In this document: positions 38,670 to 48,964 of the stretch, piece by piece | Position numbering within the stretch: position 1 is the first letter of the stretch | How the letters are laid out: the number at the start of each line of letters is the position of its first letter | DNA from: an uncultured Chloroflexia bacterium | Lineage (GTDB): Bacteria; Chloroflexota; Limnocylindria; Limnocylindrales; CSP1-4 | Direction of reading: 5' to 3' | NCBI GenBank assembly: GCA_963734935.1 | Contig: CAVTIO010000003.1 | Coordinates: forward strand, 214,489 to 278,488 | Length of the DNA stretch: 64,000 bases | Program-made: the position numbers and the translations under genes | The notes under the pieces: generated by a model | What the model was told of the DNA's origin: nothing | What the model saw: only the letters and a program-made list of their open reading frames with translations | The model's database searches: none

Positions 38670-41042
38670 TCAGGCCACGCCCTTCTCGTGCAGCACCTGC
38701 CACACCTTCTGGGGCGTGAACGGGATGTCGAGGTGGGTGACGCCGAGCGGCGACAGCGCGTCCACGACGGCGTTCGCGATGGCGGGCGGGGCACCCACGG
38801 TCGCGGACTCCCCCACTCCCTTGGCACCCAGCGGATGGTGCGGCGACGGGGTGATGGTCTTGGCCGTCTCCCAGGGGGGCGTCTCGACGGCGGTCGGCAG
38901 CAGATAGTCCATGAACGTGCCGGCGAGGTTGTTGCCGTTCTCGTCGTACGGGATCTCCTCCAGCAGCGACGGAGCGAATCCCATCGTCAGCCCGCCGTGG
39001 ATCTGCCCGTCGACGATCATGGGGTTGATGATGTTGCCGCAGTCATCGACCGCCACGAAGCGCCGGACGGTGACCTGCCCTGTGCCCTTGTCGATGTCGA
39101 CCACCGCCACGTAGCTCCCGAACGGGAAGGTGAGGTTCGGCGGATCGTAGTAGTCGACCGCCTCGAGCCCGGCCTCCATGCCCTCCGGGTGGTTGGTGTA
39201 GGCGGCGAACGCGAGCTCCGCGATCGTCTTGACCCGATCAGGCGAGCCTTTGACGCTCCACTGTCCGGGCGACCACTCGAGGTCGTCGGGCGAGCACTCG
39301 AGGAGGTGCGCGGCGAGGAGACGCGTCTTCTCGCGGATCTTGCGCGCGGCCACCGCGGTCGCAGCACCGGCGGTCGGGGTGGACCGCGAGGCATACGTGC
39401 CGAGGCCGTACGGTGCGGTGTCCGTGTCGCCCTCCTCGACCTTGACCTTGGACGCGGGGATGCCCAGCTCCTCGGCCACGATCTGGGCGAACGTCGTCTC
39501 GTGACCCTGCCCCTGGCTCTGGACGCCGAGGCGCACGATGGCCGAGCCCGTGGGATGGACCCGGATCTCGGCCGAGTCGAACATCTTGATGCCGATGATG
39601 TCGAACGTGTGCGAGGGACCGGCGCCGACGATCTCGGTGAAGCTGCTGATGCCGATGCCCATCAGCTCGCCCTTCGCGCGCTTCTCCACCTGCTCCTTGC
39701 GCAGGTCGTCGTAGCCGATCAGGTCGAGCGCCTTGCGCAGTGCCGTGTGGTAGTCGCCCGAGTCGTAGTCCCACCCGGTCGGGGTGTGGTACGGGAACTG
39801 GTCCTTCCGGATGAAGTTCTTCATGCGGAACTCGGCCGGGTCCATGCCCAGCTCGCCGGCCGCCTTGTCGACCAGCCGCTCGATCGTGTGGACGGCCTCG
39901 GTGACCCGGAAGCTGCAGCGGTACGCGACGCCACCCGGCGGCTTGTTGGTGTACGCGGCATCGACCTCGACGAACGCCTCCGGCACCTGGTAGCTGCCGG
40001 TGATGACGTTGAACAGGCCGGCCGGGAACTTCGACGGATCCGCGGCCGCATCGCTGTAGCCGTGGTCGGCTAGGGTCTTGACCCGCAGGCCGGTGATCGC
40101 GCCGTCGTTGCTCACGCCCAGCTCGGCGTGGATGTGGTAGTCGCGGGCAAACGAGTCGGCCTGGAGATTCTCGGACCGGTCCTCGATCCACTTCACCGGC
40201 CGGCCCAGCGTGAGCGACGCGACGATCGCGCACACGTACCCCGGGTAGACCGGCACCTTGCCGCCGAACCCGCCGCCGATGTCGTGCGTCTTGACGCGGA
40301 TGTCCGACTCGGGCACGCCCGACACGAGGCTGATCACCGTTCGATAGACGTGGGGCGCCTGGCTCGTGACGTGGAAGTCGAGGTGGCCGCGGACGGGGTC
40401 GAAGTCGGCGATGCAGCCGCAGGTCTCGATCGAGGCGACGTGGATCCGGGGGATGTACACATCGATCGGAACGACCCGATCGGAGCCGGCCAGCGCGGCG
40501 TCGGTCGCCGGCTTGTCGCCCGACTCCCAGTGCCAGATGTGATTGGTCTGCTTGTCCTCGCCGCGATCCGGACGCAGGATCGGCGCGTCCGGCTCGAGCG
40601 CCTTGAACGGGTCGACGACCACCGGCAGCGGTTCGTAGTCGACGTAGACCGCCTGGATCGCGTCGGCCGCCTGGTAGCGGGTCTCAGCGATGACCGCGGC
40701 GACCTCCTGGCTCTGATACATGACCGTGTCGACCGGCAGCACCATCTGCTTGTCGCCGGCCAGGGTGGGCATCCAGTGGAGGCCTGCCTTCTCGAGATCC
40801 TTGCCGGTGATGACCGCCAGCACGCCCGGCATCGCGAGCGCCTCGCTGGCGTCGATCGACTTGATCTTCGCGTGTGCGTACGGGCTGCGCACGATGTCCA
40901 TCCAGACCATGTTGGGCAGGACGACATCCTCGATGTACTCGCCCTGGCCGCGGATGAAGCGGGGATCCTCCTTGCGCTTCATCGAATGGCCCATGCCGCA
41001 GACCTCGGCGGTCGTGGTCGGTGCCTGTGCCTCCGTCATCAC
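38670..41042 (-). CDS. coxL: form I aerobic carbon monoxide dehydrogenase large (molybdopterin) subunit
   Basis: Form I-specific active-site loop VAYRCSFR (in KPPGGVAYRCSFRVTEAVH). N-terminal KRKEDPRFIRGQGEYIED. Aldehyde oxidase/xanthine dehydrogenase a/b hammerhead plus MoCo-binding domains. Confidence 0.9.
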   Translation of the reverse strand: MMTEAQAPTTTAEVCGMGHSMKRKEDPRFIRGQGEYIEDVVLPNMVWMDIVRSPYAHAKIKSIDASEALAMPGVLAVITGKDLEKAGLHWMPTLAGDKQMVLPVDTVMYQSQEVAAVIAETRYQAADAIQAVYVDYEPLPVVVDPFKALEPDAPILRPDRGEDKQTNHIWHWESGDKPATDAALAGSDRVVPIDVYIPRIHVASIETCGCIADFDPVRGHLDFHVTSQAPHVYRTVISLVSGVPESDIRVKTHDIGGGFGGKVPVYPGYVCAIVASLTLGRPVKWIEDRSENLQADSFARDYHIHAELGVSNDGAITGLRVKTLADHGYSDAAADPSKFPAGLFNVITGSYQVPEAFVEVDAAYTNKPPGGVAYRCSFRVTEAVHTIERLVDKAAGELGMDPAEFRMKNFIRKDQFPYHTPTGWDYDSGDYHTALRKALDLIGYDDLRKEQVEKRAKGELMGIGISSFTEIVGAGPSHTFDIIGIKMFDSAEIRVHPTGSAIVRLGVQSQGQGHETTFAQIVAEELGIPASKVKVEEGDTDTAPYGLGTYASRSTPTAGAATAVAARKIREKTRLLAAHLLECSPDDLEWSPGQWSVKGSPDRVKTIAELAFAAYTNHPEGMEAGLEAVDYYDPPNLTFPFGSYVAVVDIDKGTGQVTVRRFVAVDDCGNIINPMIVDGQIHGGLTMGFAPSLLEEIPYDENGNNLAGTFMDYLLPTAVETPPWETAKTITPSPHHPLGAKGVGESATVGAPPAIANAVVDALSPLGVTHLDIPFTPQKVWQVLHEKGVA

Positions 41043-41059
41043 AGCTCTCCTTCCGGGGC

Positions 41060-41575
41060 TCAGGCCGACGCCGCGGCGGCTTCGGACTCGGATTCAGCGG
41101 GCGCGGACCGGAGCTCGGCCGCGGCCTGCTGGACCGCCTTGACGATGTTCACGTAGCCGGTGCACCGGCACAGGTTGCCGGCGATGCCCTCGCGGATCTC
41201 CAGCTCGCTGGGATCCGGGTTCTGGCCCAGCAGCCAGCTGGTCTGCATGATCATCCCCGGCGTGCAGAAGCCGCACTGGAGGCCGTGCTGGTCGGAGAAC
41301 GCCTGCTGGAGCGGGTGGAGCGCTCCGCCCTGCTCCATGCCCTCGATGGTCGTGATCGAGGCTCCGTTCGCCTGGACGGCGAGCATGGTGCATGACTTGG
41401 CGCTGTTGCCGTTGACGAGCACCGTGCACGCGCCGCAGTTGCTCGTGTCGCAGCCGGTGTGGGTGCCGGTCAGGCCGAACACGTCGCGCAACAGGTGGGT
41501 AAGCAGGAGGCGGGGCTCGACGTCGGCCTCGCGGTCCTGGCCGTTGACGGTGACCGAGATGTGCTGGGTGGTCAT
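41060..41575 (-). CDS. coxS: CO dehydrogenase small subunit, [2Fe-2S] ferredoxin-like
   Basis: Plant-type cluster [11 protein letters not shown] and second cluster CGFCTPG...CRCTGY. Confidence 0.9.
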   Translation of the reverse strand: MTTQHISVTVNGQDREADVEPRLLLTHLLRDVFGLTGTHTGCDTSNCGACTVLVNGNSAKSCTMLAVQANGASITTIEGMEQGGALHPLQQAFSDQHGLQCGFCTPGMIMQTSWLLGQNPDPSELEIREGIAGNLCRCTGYVNIVKAVQQAAAELRSAPAESESEAAAASA

Positions 41576-41589
41576 GACCGGGCCCTCCT

Positions 41590-42462
41590 CTATGCGCCCT
41601 GGGCCCGAGCCGCGGCCTGTCGCAGCGCCCGGATCGTGATCTCGCGGACCATCGCCCGCTTGTACTCGGCCGGCCCGTGACTGTCCGAGGCCGGACTCGA
41701 CTGCGCGGCTGCCGCCGAGCCCGCGGCGGCGAAGGCCTCCTCCGAGGGCGCCGAGCCGACCAGGCCCTCTTCCGCGTCGCTGGCGGCGAACGGGGCCTCG
41801 CTGACCGCCGTGAGCCCGATGCCGGCCGCCTCGACACGACCGTCCGCCCCGAGCGTCAATACCGCGGCGGCACCCACCGTCGCGAAATCGCCCGCCCGAC
41901 GCTCGAGCTTGACGTAGGCGCTGCCGGTCCGGGCCGGAGCCGCGGGCAACCGGACCTCGGTCAGCACCTCGGTGGGCTCGATCTCGGTCATGAACGTGCC
42001 GGTGAAGAAGCCGCGCGCCGGGAGTGTCCGCTCGCCGCCGCTGCTGCGGCAGATGAAGCTGCCGCGCAGGGCCTGGATCACCGCCGGCCAGTCCGAGCTC
42101 GGGTCAGCGTGCGCGCACGACCCGCCGATGGTGCCCCAGTTGCGGACCTGGGGATCGCCGATCCCCCCGGCCGTGTCGCGCATGATCGGCCACTGGGCAG
42201 CGAGGCCGTCGTGCTCCTGGATGTGGTGATGGGTCACGCGACCCCCGATGTGCCAGCCGTCGGCGGCCTGCGTGATGGCGCCGAGGCCGGTGACCGCCTG
42301 AAGGTCGACAAGGAGCGCCGGCTGCGCCAGTCGAAGCTTGAGCAGCGGCAGCAGGCTGTAGCCGCCGGACAGGACCTTCGCCTCCCCTTCCCGCTCCTGC
42401 AGGATCCGGAGGGCCTCGTCAAGCGATGCTGGCCTGACATAGTCGAACTGACCGGGAATCAT
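41590..42462 (-). CDS. coxM: CO dehydrogenase medium subunit, FAD-binding (PCMH fold)
   Basis: [18 protein letters not shown]...[19 protein letters not shown], a CoxM/XdhB-type FAD domain. Start moved to 42462. Confidence 0.85.
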   Translation of the reverse strand: MIPGQFDYVRPASLDEALRILQEREGEAKVLSGGYSLLPLLKLRLAQPALLVDLQAVTGLGAITQAADGWHIGGRVTHHHIQEHDGLAAQWPIMRDTAGGIGDPQVRNWGTIGGSCAHADPSSDWPAVIQALRGSFICRSSGGERTLPARGFFTGTFMTEIEPTEVLTEVRLPAAPARTGSAYVKLERRAGDFATVGAAAVLTLGADGRVEAAGIGLTAVSEAPFAASDAEEGLVGSAPSEEAFAAAGSAAAAQSSPASDSHGPAEYKRAMVREITIRALRQAAARAQGA

Positions 42463-42760
42463 GCGCTGCCTGCCCTCCTTCCCACGCCAGGGGACGCGGG
42501 ACCGATGTCGGGCCCGTCTTCGAGGGGACGGGCTCGGGGATGCCATGACAGTCGGTCGGCGGTCGTCGCCTCGGGCCGGCGAACGCCGCGTGGGCGGAGC
42601 CCACGGAAAGCTGCTTCTCCGAGTATCCGCGCGTGCCGACGAGGCGTCAATCAGGTGACGCCCGCGGTGCGGGAACGTTGCGGACGGTGAGCCTCACGCC
42701 CTGCGCAGCCGAAGACGCCGGGCTGCGGCCGACTGATCGTCCGGGCGTGCCAGGGGTGGG

Positions 42761-43630
42761 TCAGGCGCCGGGCGGGCTCCAGGTCACGATCCCCAGCGAC
42801 CCCGCCGATGGCATCGCGAGCGTCCAGGCACCGTCCCGCGACTCGGCGAGGTCGGGCAGGCGACGGAGCAGCTCGCGGTCCTTCTCGCCGCCCTCCGCGA
42901 TGAACAGCTGCCGGCGCAGGAACGCCGCCAGCGCGGTCATGGACTCGAACGAGCGGGCCGGGCGCTCCACCCGGATGACCTCGGTGTCTCGGCCACGCGC
43001 ACGCAACAGCGCAAGGAGCTCCACGAGCGCCGGCAGCGGAACCCGTTCCTCGCCGTGGATCAGCGGCCACAGGGGATCGACCAGCGACGCCGGGCTCCGG
43101 TCGGTGAGCACCGCGATGCAGTGCTCGCGCGCGGCGGCCTCCATGGCATCGAGGAACGGGCCGATGGGCTCGATGTCGTAGGCGACATGGGCGATCAGGG
43201 CGACGTCCGCCGCCGGCAGCGTGTCGAGCTGGGCGAGCGCGTCCGGCCAGGTCCCGGCCACCATCCGGATGTTGTCGATGCCGTGCTCGCTGATGCCCGA
43301 CTTGAGCGCCTGGCGCATGCCGGGCGACGGCTCGACGGCGATCACCTCGCGAATGGCAAGCGCCAGAGGGAGCGCATAGCGGCCGGCCCCGGCGCCGATG
43401 TCCAGCCAGACGTGGTCCGGGCGCGCCGTGGCCCGAAGGACGTCGAGCGCGGGCTCGTCGGTGCGCCTGGGATCGGACACGAACTGCGCCGTCACCGGGG
43501 CGTAGAAGTCAGCCAGCTGCGACTCGCGCAGGCGCTCGGCCTGCTCGCGGTTGGCCAGCACGCGCTCGGTCCACTCGGCTTCGAGCGGGTCGACGAGGGC
43601 GGTGGTCTCGGCTTCGGGCATGGGCCTCAC
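42761..43630 (-). CDS. class I SAM-dependent methyltransferase
   Basis: Motif I VWLDIGAGAGRYALPLA. Located between the two CODH gene sets. Overlaps the mocA stop by 4 nt. Confidence 0.7.
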   Translation of the reverse strand: MRPMPEAETTALVDPLEAEWTERVLANREQAERLRESQLADFYAPVTAQFVSDPRRTDEPALDVLRATARPDHVWLDIGAGAGRYALPLALAIREVIAVEPSPGMRQALKSGISEHGIDNIRMVAGTWPDALAQLDTLPAADVALIAHVAYDIEPIGPFLDAMEAAAREHCIAVLTDRSPASLVDPLWPLIHGEERVPLPALVELLALLRARGRDTEVIRVERPARSFESMTALAAFLRRQLFIAEGGEKDRELLRRLPDLAESRDGAWTLAMPSAGSLGIVTWSPPGA

Positions 43631-44217
43631 GATACGCCCGACAGCCGTTCCAGGTCGTCACGGGTATCGATGTCGGGGTTCGAGCCCGCGACCGCGACCT
43701 CCGCCACCAGGTCGGAGCGGGCGACGAGCAGCGCGCCGAGGCCACGGTCACCCACCAGGCCGGCCGCCAGCGCCCAGCCCGAGCGCTTGACGAGGACGGG
43801 ATTGGGGGCGTCGTCGTTCGCGTATCGGGCGCGCAGGAGCGGTTGCTCGGTGGTCACCGCCGCATCGATCACCGCGCGCACCACGTCGGGACGCAGCGTC
43901 GGCTGGTCGCCGAGCACGATCAGGGCCGCGTCGGCGGCGGGGTCCTCGGCTGCCGCGTCGAGACCCACGCGCAGCGAGCTCGAGAGCCCGTCCTGCGGTC
44001 GCGGGTTGACGGTCCGCCGTTCCGCTCGCCAGCGGATCGCCCTCTCCACCGTGTCGGCATCGGTGCCGAGCACGACGGCGACATCGGCCAGGCCGGCGAC
44101 GGCGAGCGCATCGAGGACGTGCTGGAGGACCGGCCGCCCGCGCAGCGGGGCGAGCAGCTTCTGGGACCCGAAGCGACTGGACGCTCCTGCGGCGAGGACG
44201 ACCGCGACGACGTTCAC
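43627..44217 (-). CDS. mocA: MobA-like nucleotidyltransferase, probable molybdenum cofactor cytidylyltransferase (MocA)
   Basis: MNVVAVVLAAGASSRFGSQKLLAPLRGRPVL matches the MobA/MocA N-terminus. Required for the MCD cofactor of CODH-family enzymes. Confidence 0.75.
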   Translation of the reverse strand: MNVVAVVLAAGASSRFGSQKLLAPLRGRPVLQHVLDALAVAGLADVAVVLGTDADTVERAIRWRAERRTVNPRPQDGLSSSLRVGLDAAAEDPAADAALIVLGDQPTLRPDVVRAVIDAAVTTEQPLLRARYANDDAPNPVLVKRSGWALAAGLVGDRGLGALLVARSDLVAEVAVAGSNPDIDTRDDLERLSGVS

Positions 44218-45362
44218 CCGGGGGCTGCGTCCGGGCCGCGCGCGAGGGCGCGCCCGTCCCGGGCACGTGCGAGGTCGCGCATCGGCTGCCCGGTTCCGGC
44301 ACGCCGCTCGGCGACGATCTCGGCCATGATCGCGAGCGCCGTCTCGGCCGGCAGGCGGCCGCCGAGGTCGAGACCGATCGGCCCCCGCAGTCGGTCCAGC
44401 TGCGCCTCGTCCACGCCCACGTCCTTGAGCCGCGCCCGTCGATCGGCCTGCGTCTTGCGCGACCCGACAGCTCCCACGTACCGACAGCCGCGGCGCAGGG
44501 CCTCGACGATCGCCGGCTCATCGAACTTCACGTCATGGGTCAGGACCGCCACGGCGTCGGCCGGCCCGAGTCCGATCTCGTCGGCGACCTCGTCGGGCCA
44601 GCCCACGATCAGCCGGTCAACGTCCGGGAACCGCGCCTCGGTCGCGAACGCCGCCCGGCCATCCACGACCACCGTCTCGTAGCCCAGCTCGCGCGCGAGG
44701 TGCACCAGCGATCGCGCCACCTCGACGGCGCCCACGACGACCAGCCGCGGGCGGACCGGGTAGGCCTCGATGAACAGCTGCCGGCCAGCGATCTCGACGG
44801 TCCTCGATACTCCCTTGGCGAGCGCCGCCGTCGCCGCGCCGGACAGCTCCGCGTCGGCAGCCTGATCGCCAAGCGTGCCGTCGACCCGACCGTCATCGTG
44901 GACCACCAACGGTTCGGCGGCCGTCCCACCGCTGCCGGGCTGGTGGGCGCCGAAATCCGGCGGCGGCGAGTCCGGCGGCAGAGGCGTGACGATCGCCCGC
45001 CCGTCGCCGCGGCCCTCGTGCGTCTCGCGGGCGGCGGTGATCGCCACCTCGGGCACCCGGGGCGAGATCAGGACGTCGATCGTGCCCCCGCACGCGAGCC
45101 CGACATCCCATGCCTGCTCGTCGCTGATGCCGTAGCGGATCACTCGCTCACGACCCGATCGTCGGGCCTCCCGGATCTCCTCGGCCGCGGCCCCTTCCAC
45201 GCAGCCACCCGAGACCGAGCCCGCAAGCCTCCCATCGTCGGTCACCAGCAGGACGGCGCCTTCGGGCCGCGGCGCGCTGCCAAAGGTGCGTACGACGACG
45301 GCCCTGCCTATCCCGGCACGCTCGGCACGCCAGGCATCGAGCGAGTCAAGCAGCTCCTGCAT
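44214..45362 (-). CDS. XdhC/CoxI family molybdoenzyme maturation factor (second paralog, no YHS domain)
   Basis: XdhC_CoxI N-domain (RAVVVRTFGSAPRPEGAVLLVTDDGRLAGSVSGGCVEG) plus XdhC_C domain. Confidence 0.8.
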   Translation of the reverse strand: MQELLDSLDAWRAERAGIGRAVVVRTFGSAPRPEGAVLLVTDDGRLAGSVSGGCVEGAAAEEIREARRSGRERVIRYGISDEQAWDVGLACGGTIDVLISPRVPEVAITAARETHEGRGDGRAIVTPLPPDSPPPDFGAHQPGSGGTAAEPLVVHDDGRVDGTLGDQAADAELSGAATAALAKGVSRTVEIAGRQLFIEAYPVRPRLVVVGAVEVARSLVHLARELGYETVVVDGRAAFATEARFPDVDRLIVGWPDEVADEIGLGPADAVAVLTHDVKFDEPAIVEALRRGCRYVGAVGSRKTQADRRARLKDVGVDEAQLDRLRGPIGLDLGGRLPAETALAIMAEIVAERRAGTGQPMRDLARARDGRALARGPDAAPG

Positions 45363-45386
45363 CGTGGCTCCTTTCGATCGTGAGGG

Positions 45387-46796
45387 TCACGCCAGCGGGC
45401 GGGCGCGCTGTCCGTCCACGGCCTCGGCATCCAGCGGTCGCGGTGCCGTCGCGTCGGGCGCGAACAGCCCCAGCGACGGCGTCACGGCAGTTGCGCGCGT
45501 CACGGCCGTGCCCTTGCGGGCAGTCCCCTGCGAGGCGCCCGCCAGCACCTCGCCGAGTCGCTCGAGCGACGCCAGGGTGCCGGCCGGCAGGAAGTCGTCG
45601 ATGAACGGGTAGGCGGCCTTCATTCCGGCCGCCAGTGGCTGGTAGCCGGGGGTCGAGGCCAGCGGGTTGAGCCATACCAGCCGGTGGCAGTTGCGGCGCA
45701 GCCGGGCCGTCTCGGCCGCAACCAACGCAGGGTCGCCCCGGTCCCAGCCGTCGGACACGACGATCACGACGCCCGAGGTCCGCAGCGTCCGCCGTGCCCA
45801 GCGATGGTTGAACTCGCGGAACGACTCCCCGATCCGGGTACCGCCCGCCCAGTCCGTCACCGTGTCCGCGACCCGCGTCAGCGCCCGGTCCCGGTCCCGG
45901 TCGCGCATCAGCCGCGTGACCCGCGTCAGCCGCGTGCCGAACACGAACGACTCGGTCCTCACCTCGTTGGTCCGGGCCAGCGCCTGCGCGAACCGCAGCA
46001 GGAGGCGCGAATGCCGCTCCATCGACCCCGAGATGTCGCACAGGATGACCAGCTGCCGAGGCTCCCGGATCGGCCGTCGCCAGACCCACTCGGTCAGCTC
46101 GCCGGTTGCGAGGTTGCGTCGGAACATGGCCCTCGGTGCGAGCCGGCGCCCGTGCGGATGGAGCTCCTGGCGACGCGTCCGGCGTCGCTCGAGACGCGGG
46201 CGCAGGAGGTCGACGAACCGCTCCGCATCCCGCAGCTCGGCCGCGGTCATCCGATCGAAGTCGCGATGGCGCATCACCTCGCCGCGCGAGTACGCGTCGG
46301 GCGAGATGGTCGTGCCCTCGACCTCCGCCCCCTCGTCGGCATCGGACGCCAGCTGGACACCCATGGTGGCCAGCTCGGTCATCTCGCCCTCGCCGCCGTC
46401 GCCGCCCTCCTCGCCAGGTCCTGGCTCGCCGTCCTGCTCGCGCTCGGCATCGGGCGCCACCCCCTCCAGACGTGGCCCGGGCAGGGACCGACCCCGCCGT
46501 CGCCAGAAGCGGTCGAACACGCGGTCGTAGACCTCGCGCTCGTCGCGTCGCCGGACGAACACCGCGGCACCTGCGTCCCGAACGAGCTCGCGCCGGCCCA
46601 CGTCGACCAGCGACAGGGCGCGCGCGAAGTCGATCGAGGCGCCGAGGTCGATCGCCAGGCCCGCGGCTCGCAGCGCGCGACCGAAGCCCACGGCCTCGGC
46701 CAGCAACCGGCGCCCGTCCACGAGCTCCCCCGTCGGGGCACGCAGGATCGGGGTCGCGCTGTCGCTCGTCGGCTCGCGGCTGGGGGCGCCCGGCAT
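45387..46796 (-). CDS. coxE: VWA domain-containing CoxE-like protein
   Basis: C-terminal VWA with MIDAS context LVILCDISGSM. CoxE-like architecture. Overlaps the coxD stop. Confidence 0.8.
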   Translation of the reverse strand: MPGAPSREPTSDSATPILRAPTGELVDGRRLLAEAVGFGRALRAAGLAIDLGASIDFARALSLVDVGRRELVRDAGAAVFVRRRDEREVYDRVFDRFWRRRGRSLPGPRLEGVAPDAEREQDGEPGPGEEGGDGGEGEMTELATMGVQLASDADEGAEVEGTTISPDAYSRGEVMRHRDFDRMTAAELRDAERFVDLLRPRLERRRTRRQELHPHGRRLAPRAMFRRNLATGELTEWVWRRPIREPRQLVILCDISGSMERHSRLLLRFAQALARTNEVRTESFVFGTRLTRVTRLMRDRDRDRALTRVADTVTDWAGGTRIGESFREFNHRWARRTLRTSGVVIVVSDGWDRGDPALVAAETARLRRNCHRLVWLNPLASTPGYQPLAAGMKAAYPFIDDFLPAGTLASLERLGEVLAGASQGTARKGTAVTRATAVTPSLGLFAPDATAPRPLDAEAVDGQRARPLA

Positions 46797-46798
46797 GG

Positions 46799-47752
46799 CT
46801 AGGCCTGCGCCGTCGCCTCGGCGAGGTACTGCTTGGCGACGTTGCCGCGCACCTGGCGGATGTCCTCCTCGTACTTGAGCACGACACCCAGCGTCTCATC
46901 GACCATGTCCGGGGCGAGCTCGGTGGCACCCAGCGACAGCAGCGCGGCCGCCCAGTCCAGTGTCTCGGCCACGCCCGGCACCTTGGTCAGATCGGCCTGG
47001 CGCAGCCGGTGGACGAACGACACGACCTCGCGCGCCAGCCGCGGCGGGGCGCCGGGCACGCGGGTAGCCACGATCTCGAACTCCTTGCTCGCGGTCGGGT
47101 AGTCGATCCAGTGGTACAGGCAACGGCGCTTGAGCGCGTCGTGGACCTCACGTGTGCGGTTGGAGGTGAGCACCACCCGCGGCGGCTGATGGGCGGTGAT
47201 GGTGCCGATCTCGGGCACGGTGACCTGGTAGTCCGACAGGATCTCGAGCAGATACGCCTCGAACTCCTCGTCGGCGCGGTCGATCTCGTCGATCAGCAGG
47301 ACCGGCGCGTTGCCGTCGGTCGCTTCGAGCGCCTGGAGCAGCGGCCTTTTCAGCAGGAAGTCAGGCCCGAAGATGTCGTGGGCCGACGCCTGGGCGATCT
47401 CGCCGCGCGCCTCGAGCAGCCGGATCTCGAGCATCTGGCGCGGGTAGTTCCATTCGTAGACGGCGGTGTTGACGTCGAGCCCCTCGTAACACTGGAGCCG
47501 GATCAGGCGGGTATCGAGCGTGGCGGCCAGGACCTTGGCAAGCTCGGTCTTGCCCACCCCCGCCTCGCCCTCGAGCAGCAGCGGGCGGCCGAGCTCGAGC
47601 GAGAGGAACACCGTCGTTGCGAGCGATCGCTCGGCGATGTACCCCTGCTTGCGGAACGCCTCGGTGAGGCCCTCGATCGAACGAGCGGCCTCGGGAGAAG
47701 CGGGCGCCGGGCTGACGGATGAGCTGGCGGAAACGGGCGGATCAGGCTCCAT
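46799..47752 (-). CDS. coxD: MoxR-type AAA+ ATPase (CoxD-like)
   Basis: Walker A GEAGVGKT, Walker B LLIDEIDRA, and sensor motifs of the MoxR family. Start moved to MEPDPPVSA at 47752. The track's 114-aa extension is rejected. Confidence 0.85.
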   Translation of the reverse strand: MEPDPPVSASSSVSPAPASPEAARSIEGLTEAFRKQGYIAERSLATTVFLSLELGRPLLLEGEAGVGKTELAKVLAATLDTRLIRLQCYEGLDVNTAVYEWNYPRQMLEIRLLEARGEIAQASAHDIFGPDFLLKRPLLQALEATDGNAPVLLIDEIDRADEEFEAYLLEILSDYQVTVPEIGTITAHQPPRVVLTSNRTREVHDALKRRCLYHWIDYPTASKEFEIVATRVPGAPPRLAREVVSFVHRLRQADLTKVPGVAETLDWAAALLSLGATELAPDMVDETLGVVLKYEEDIRQVRGNVAKQYLAEATAQA

Positions 47753-47874
47753 GCTTGGCGATGCTACACCGGCGGAGCGCGGTCGCACCGCGACCAGAGC
47801 GCCGTCGCGCCATCGCGACCGGACGGGTGGGACCCCGGGGCACCATGGGCGATCTCGCCGGGCGCCGACCGGGC

Positions 47875-48942
47875 TCAGCCGTCGGGAGCCGCGAGCTCCT
47901 GTGCATAGGCGGGGAACCGGAACCGCTGGCTGCGGGTCAGGATGCCGCCGTGGCCGAGGCGTGAGACCGTCTGCAGGGTCGGCGGCTCTCCGGTCAGGAG
48001 CCGGGGCAGCAGCAAATCGGCCGCGGTCGCCTTGGAGTAGGCGCCACAGGTCGGCAGCCCGAGCACCGCCGTCCGCCGCGCCCGTCCCAGCCACAGCATC
48101 GATCCCGGATGAGCCGGCACGCCCCGGCGGATGATGCGGCCGCCGACCCGTTCCAGCGCCATGAACAGCGGATCACCCGGATCCGTGGAGCGGCCGCCGG
48201 CGGTGAGGACGATGTCGACGGCAGCTGGTCCACGGGTCAGACGGTTCAGCACAGCCACCACCGCGTCGATCTCGTCGGGAACATAGTCGAAGCCGGTCAC
48301 GAGGGACCCGAGCGGCTCGACCTTGTCGCGCGCGCTGCGCTCGAACCGGGCGCGGTTGGCGGCCCGGATCGACTCCTTGACAAGCACGGCCACCCGGCGG
48401 CCCACGAACGGCGCCACCCAGACCAGCGGGCGCGTCCCACCACGCGTGTGCCGAACGCCGGCCTCGACCACCGCCTCCGGAACCACGTGCGGCGCGACCT
48501 TGGCCGACGCCACCAGCTGGCCGGCGGCGACCACCGAGCCGTCGAACGCCGTGAACACCTCGAGCGGATCGATCCGGTTGAGCAGCTCGAGCTCGCGAAC
48601 CCGGACATGCAGGACGCCGTCCGCGGCGGCCAGCAGATCGACGCGGCTCTCGCCCGGGCCGCGCTGGACCAGGCCCGATCCACCAACAGCGGCGGCAAGG
48701 CGCAGCGCGGCCTCGTCCTCGTGCAGGTCGCCGGGCTCGAGCACGAGCACGGTGACGGGGCTGACCGCGGCACCGGAGGCCACGTCGGGCGTGCCCGACC
48801 CGGCCCACGCGTCGAGGTCCGCCGCCGTCAGGCGACGGCCCTTCGACCAGCGCTGTCCACCCACGTGGAGGTCGCGTGCCAGCACGGCCCCCGCAAGGTG
48901 GCCGGGCGGGCGGCGGCCCGGGACGATGTGCTCGAGCCGCAC
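47875..48942 (-). CDS. molybdopterin-binding (MoCF biosynthesis/MoeA-CinA-like domain) protein associated with the CODH cluster
   Basis: C-terminal MoCF_biosynth-like segment VDIVLTAGGRSTDPGDPLFMALERVGG. Position matches the MoCF-binding gene found in form II CODH clusters. Confidence 0.6.
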   Translation of the reverse strand: MRLEHIVPGRRPPGHLAGAVLARDLHVGGQRWSKGRRLTAADLDAWAGSGTPDVASGAAVSPVTVLVLEPGDLHEDEAALRLAAAVGGSGLVQRGPGESRVDLLAAADGVLHVRVRELELLNRIDPLEVFTAFDGSVVAAGQLVASAKVAPHVVPEAVVEAGVRHTRGGTRPLVWVAPFVGRRVAVLVKESIRAANRARFERSARDKVEPLGSLVTGFDYVPDEIDAVVAVLNRLTRGPAAVDIVLTAGGRSTDPGDPLFMALERVGGRIIRRGVPAHPGSMLWLGRARRTAVLGLPTCGAYSKATAADLLLPRLLTGEPPTLQTVSRLGHGGILTRSQRFRFPAYAQELAAPDG

Positions 48943-48964
48943 CCCTGGTTCCGAGCCTGCTCGC

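Noticed and set aside
38328-41156. Plus-strand ORFs 38328..40073 and 40128..41156 inside form I coxL
   Set aside because: They are antisense to an 790-aa protein with the diagnostic AYRCSFR loop. Their translations are low-complexity.
45346-47722. ORFs 45346..46929 (minus, alternate frame), 45684..46802 (plus) and 46106..47722 (plus)
   Set aside because: They overlap coxE (VWA with MIDAS motif) and coxD (Walker A/B). The other frames give Arg/Gly/Pro-rich products.
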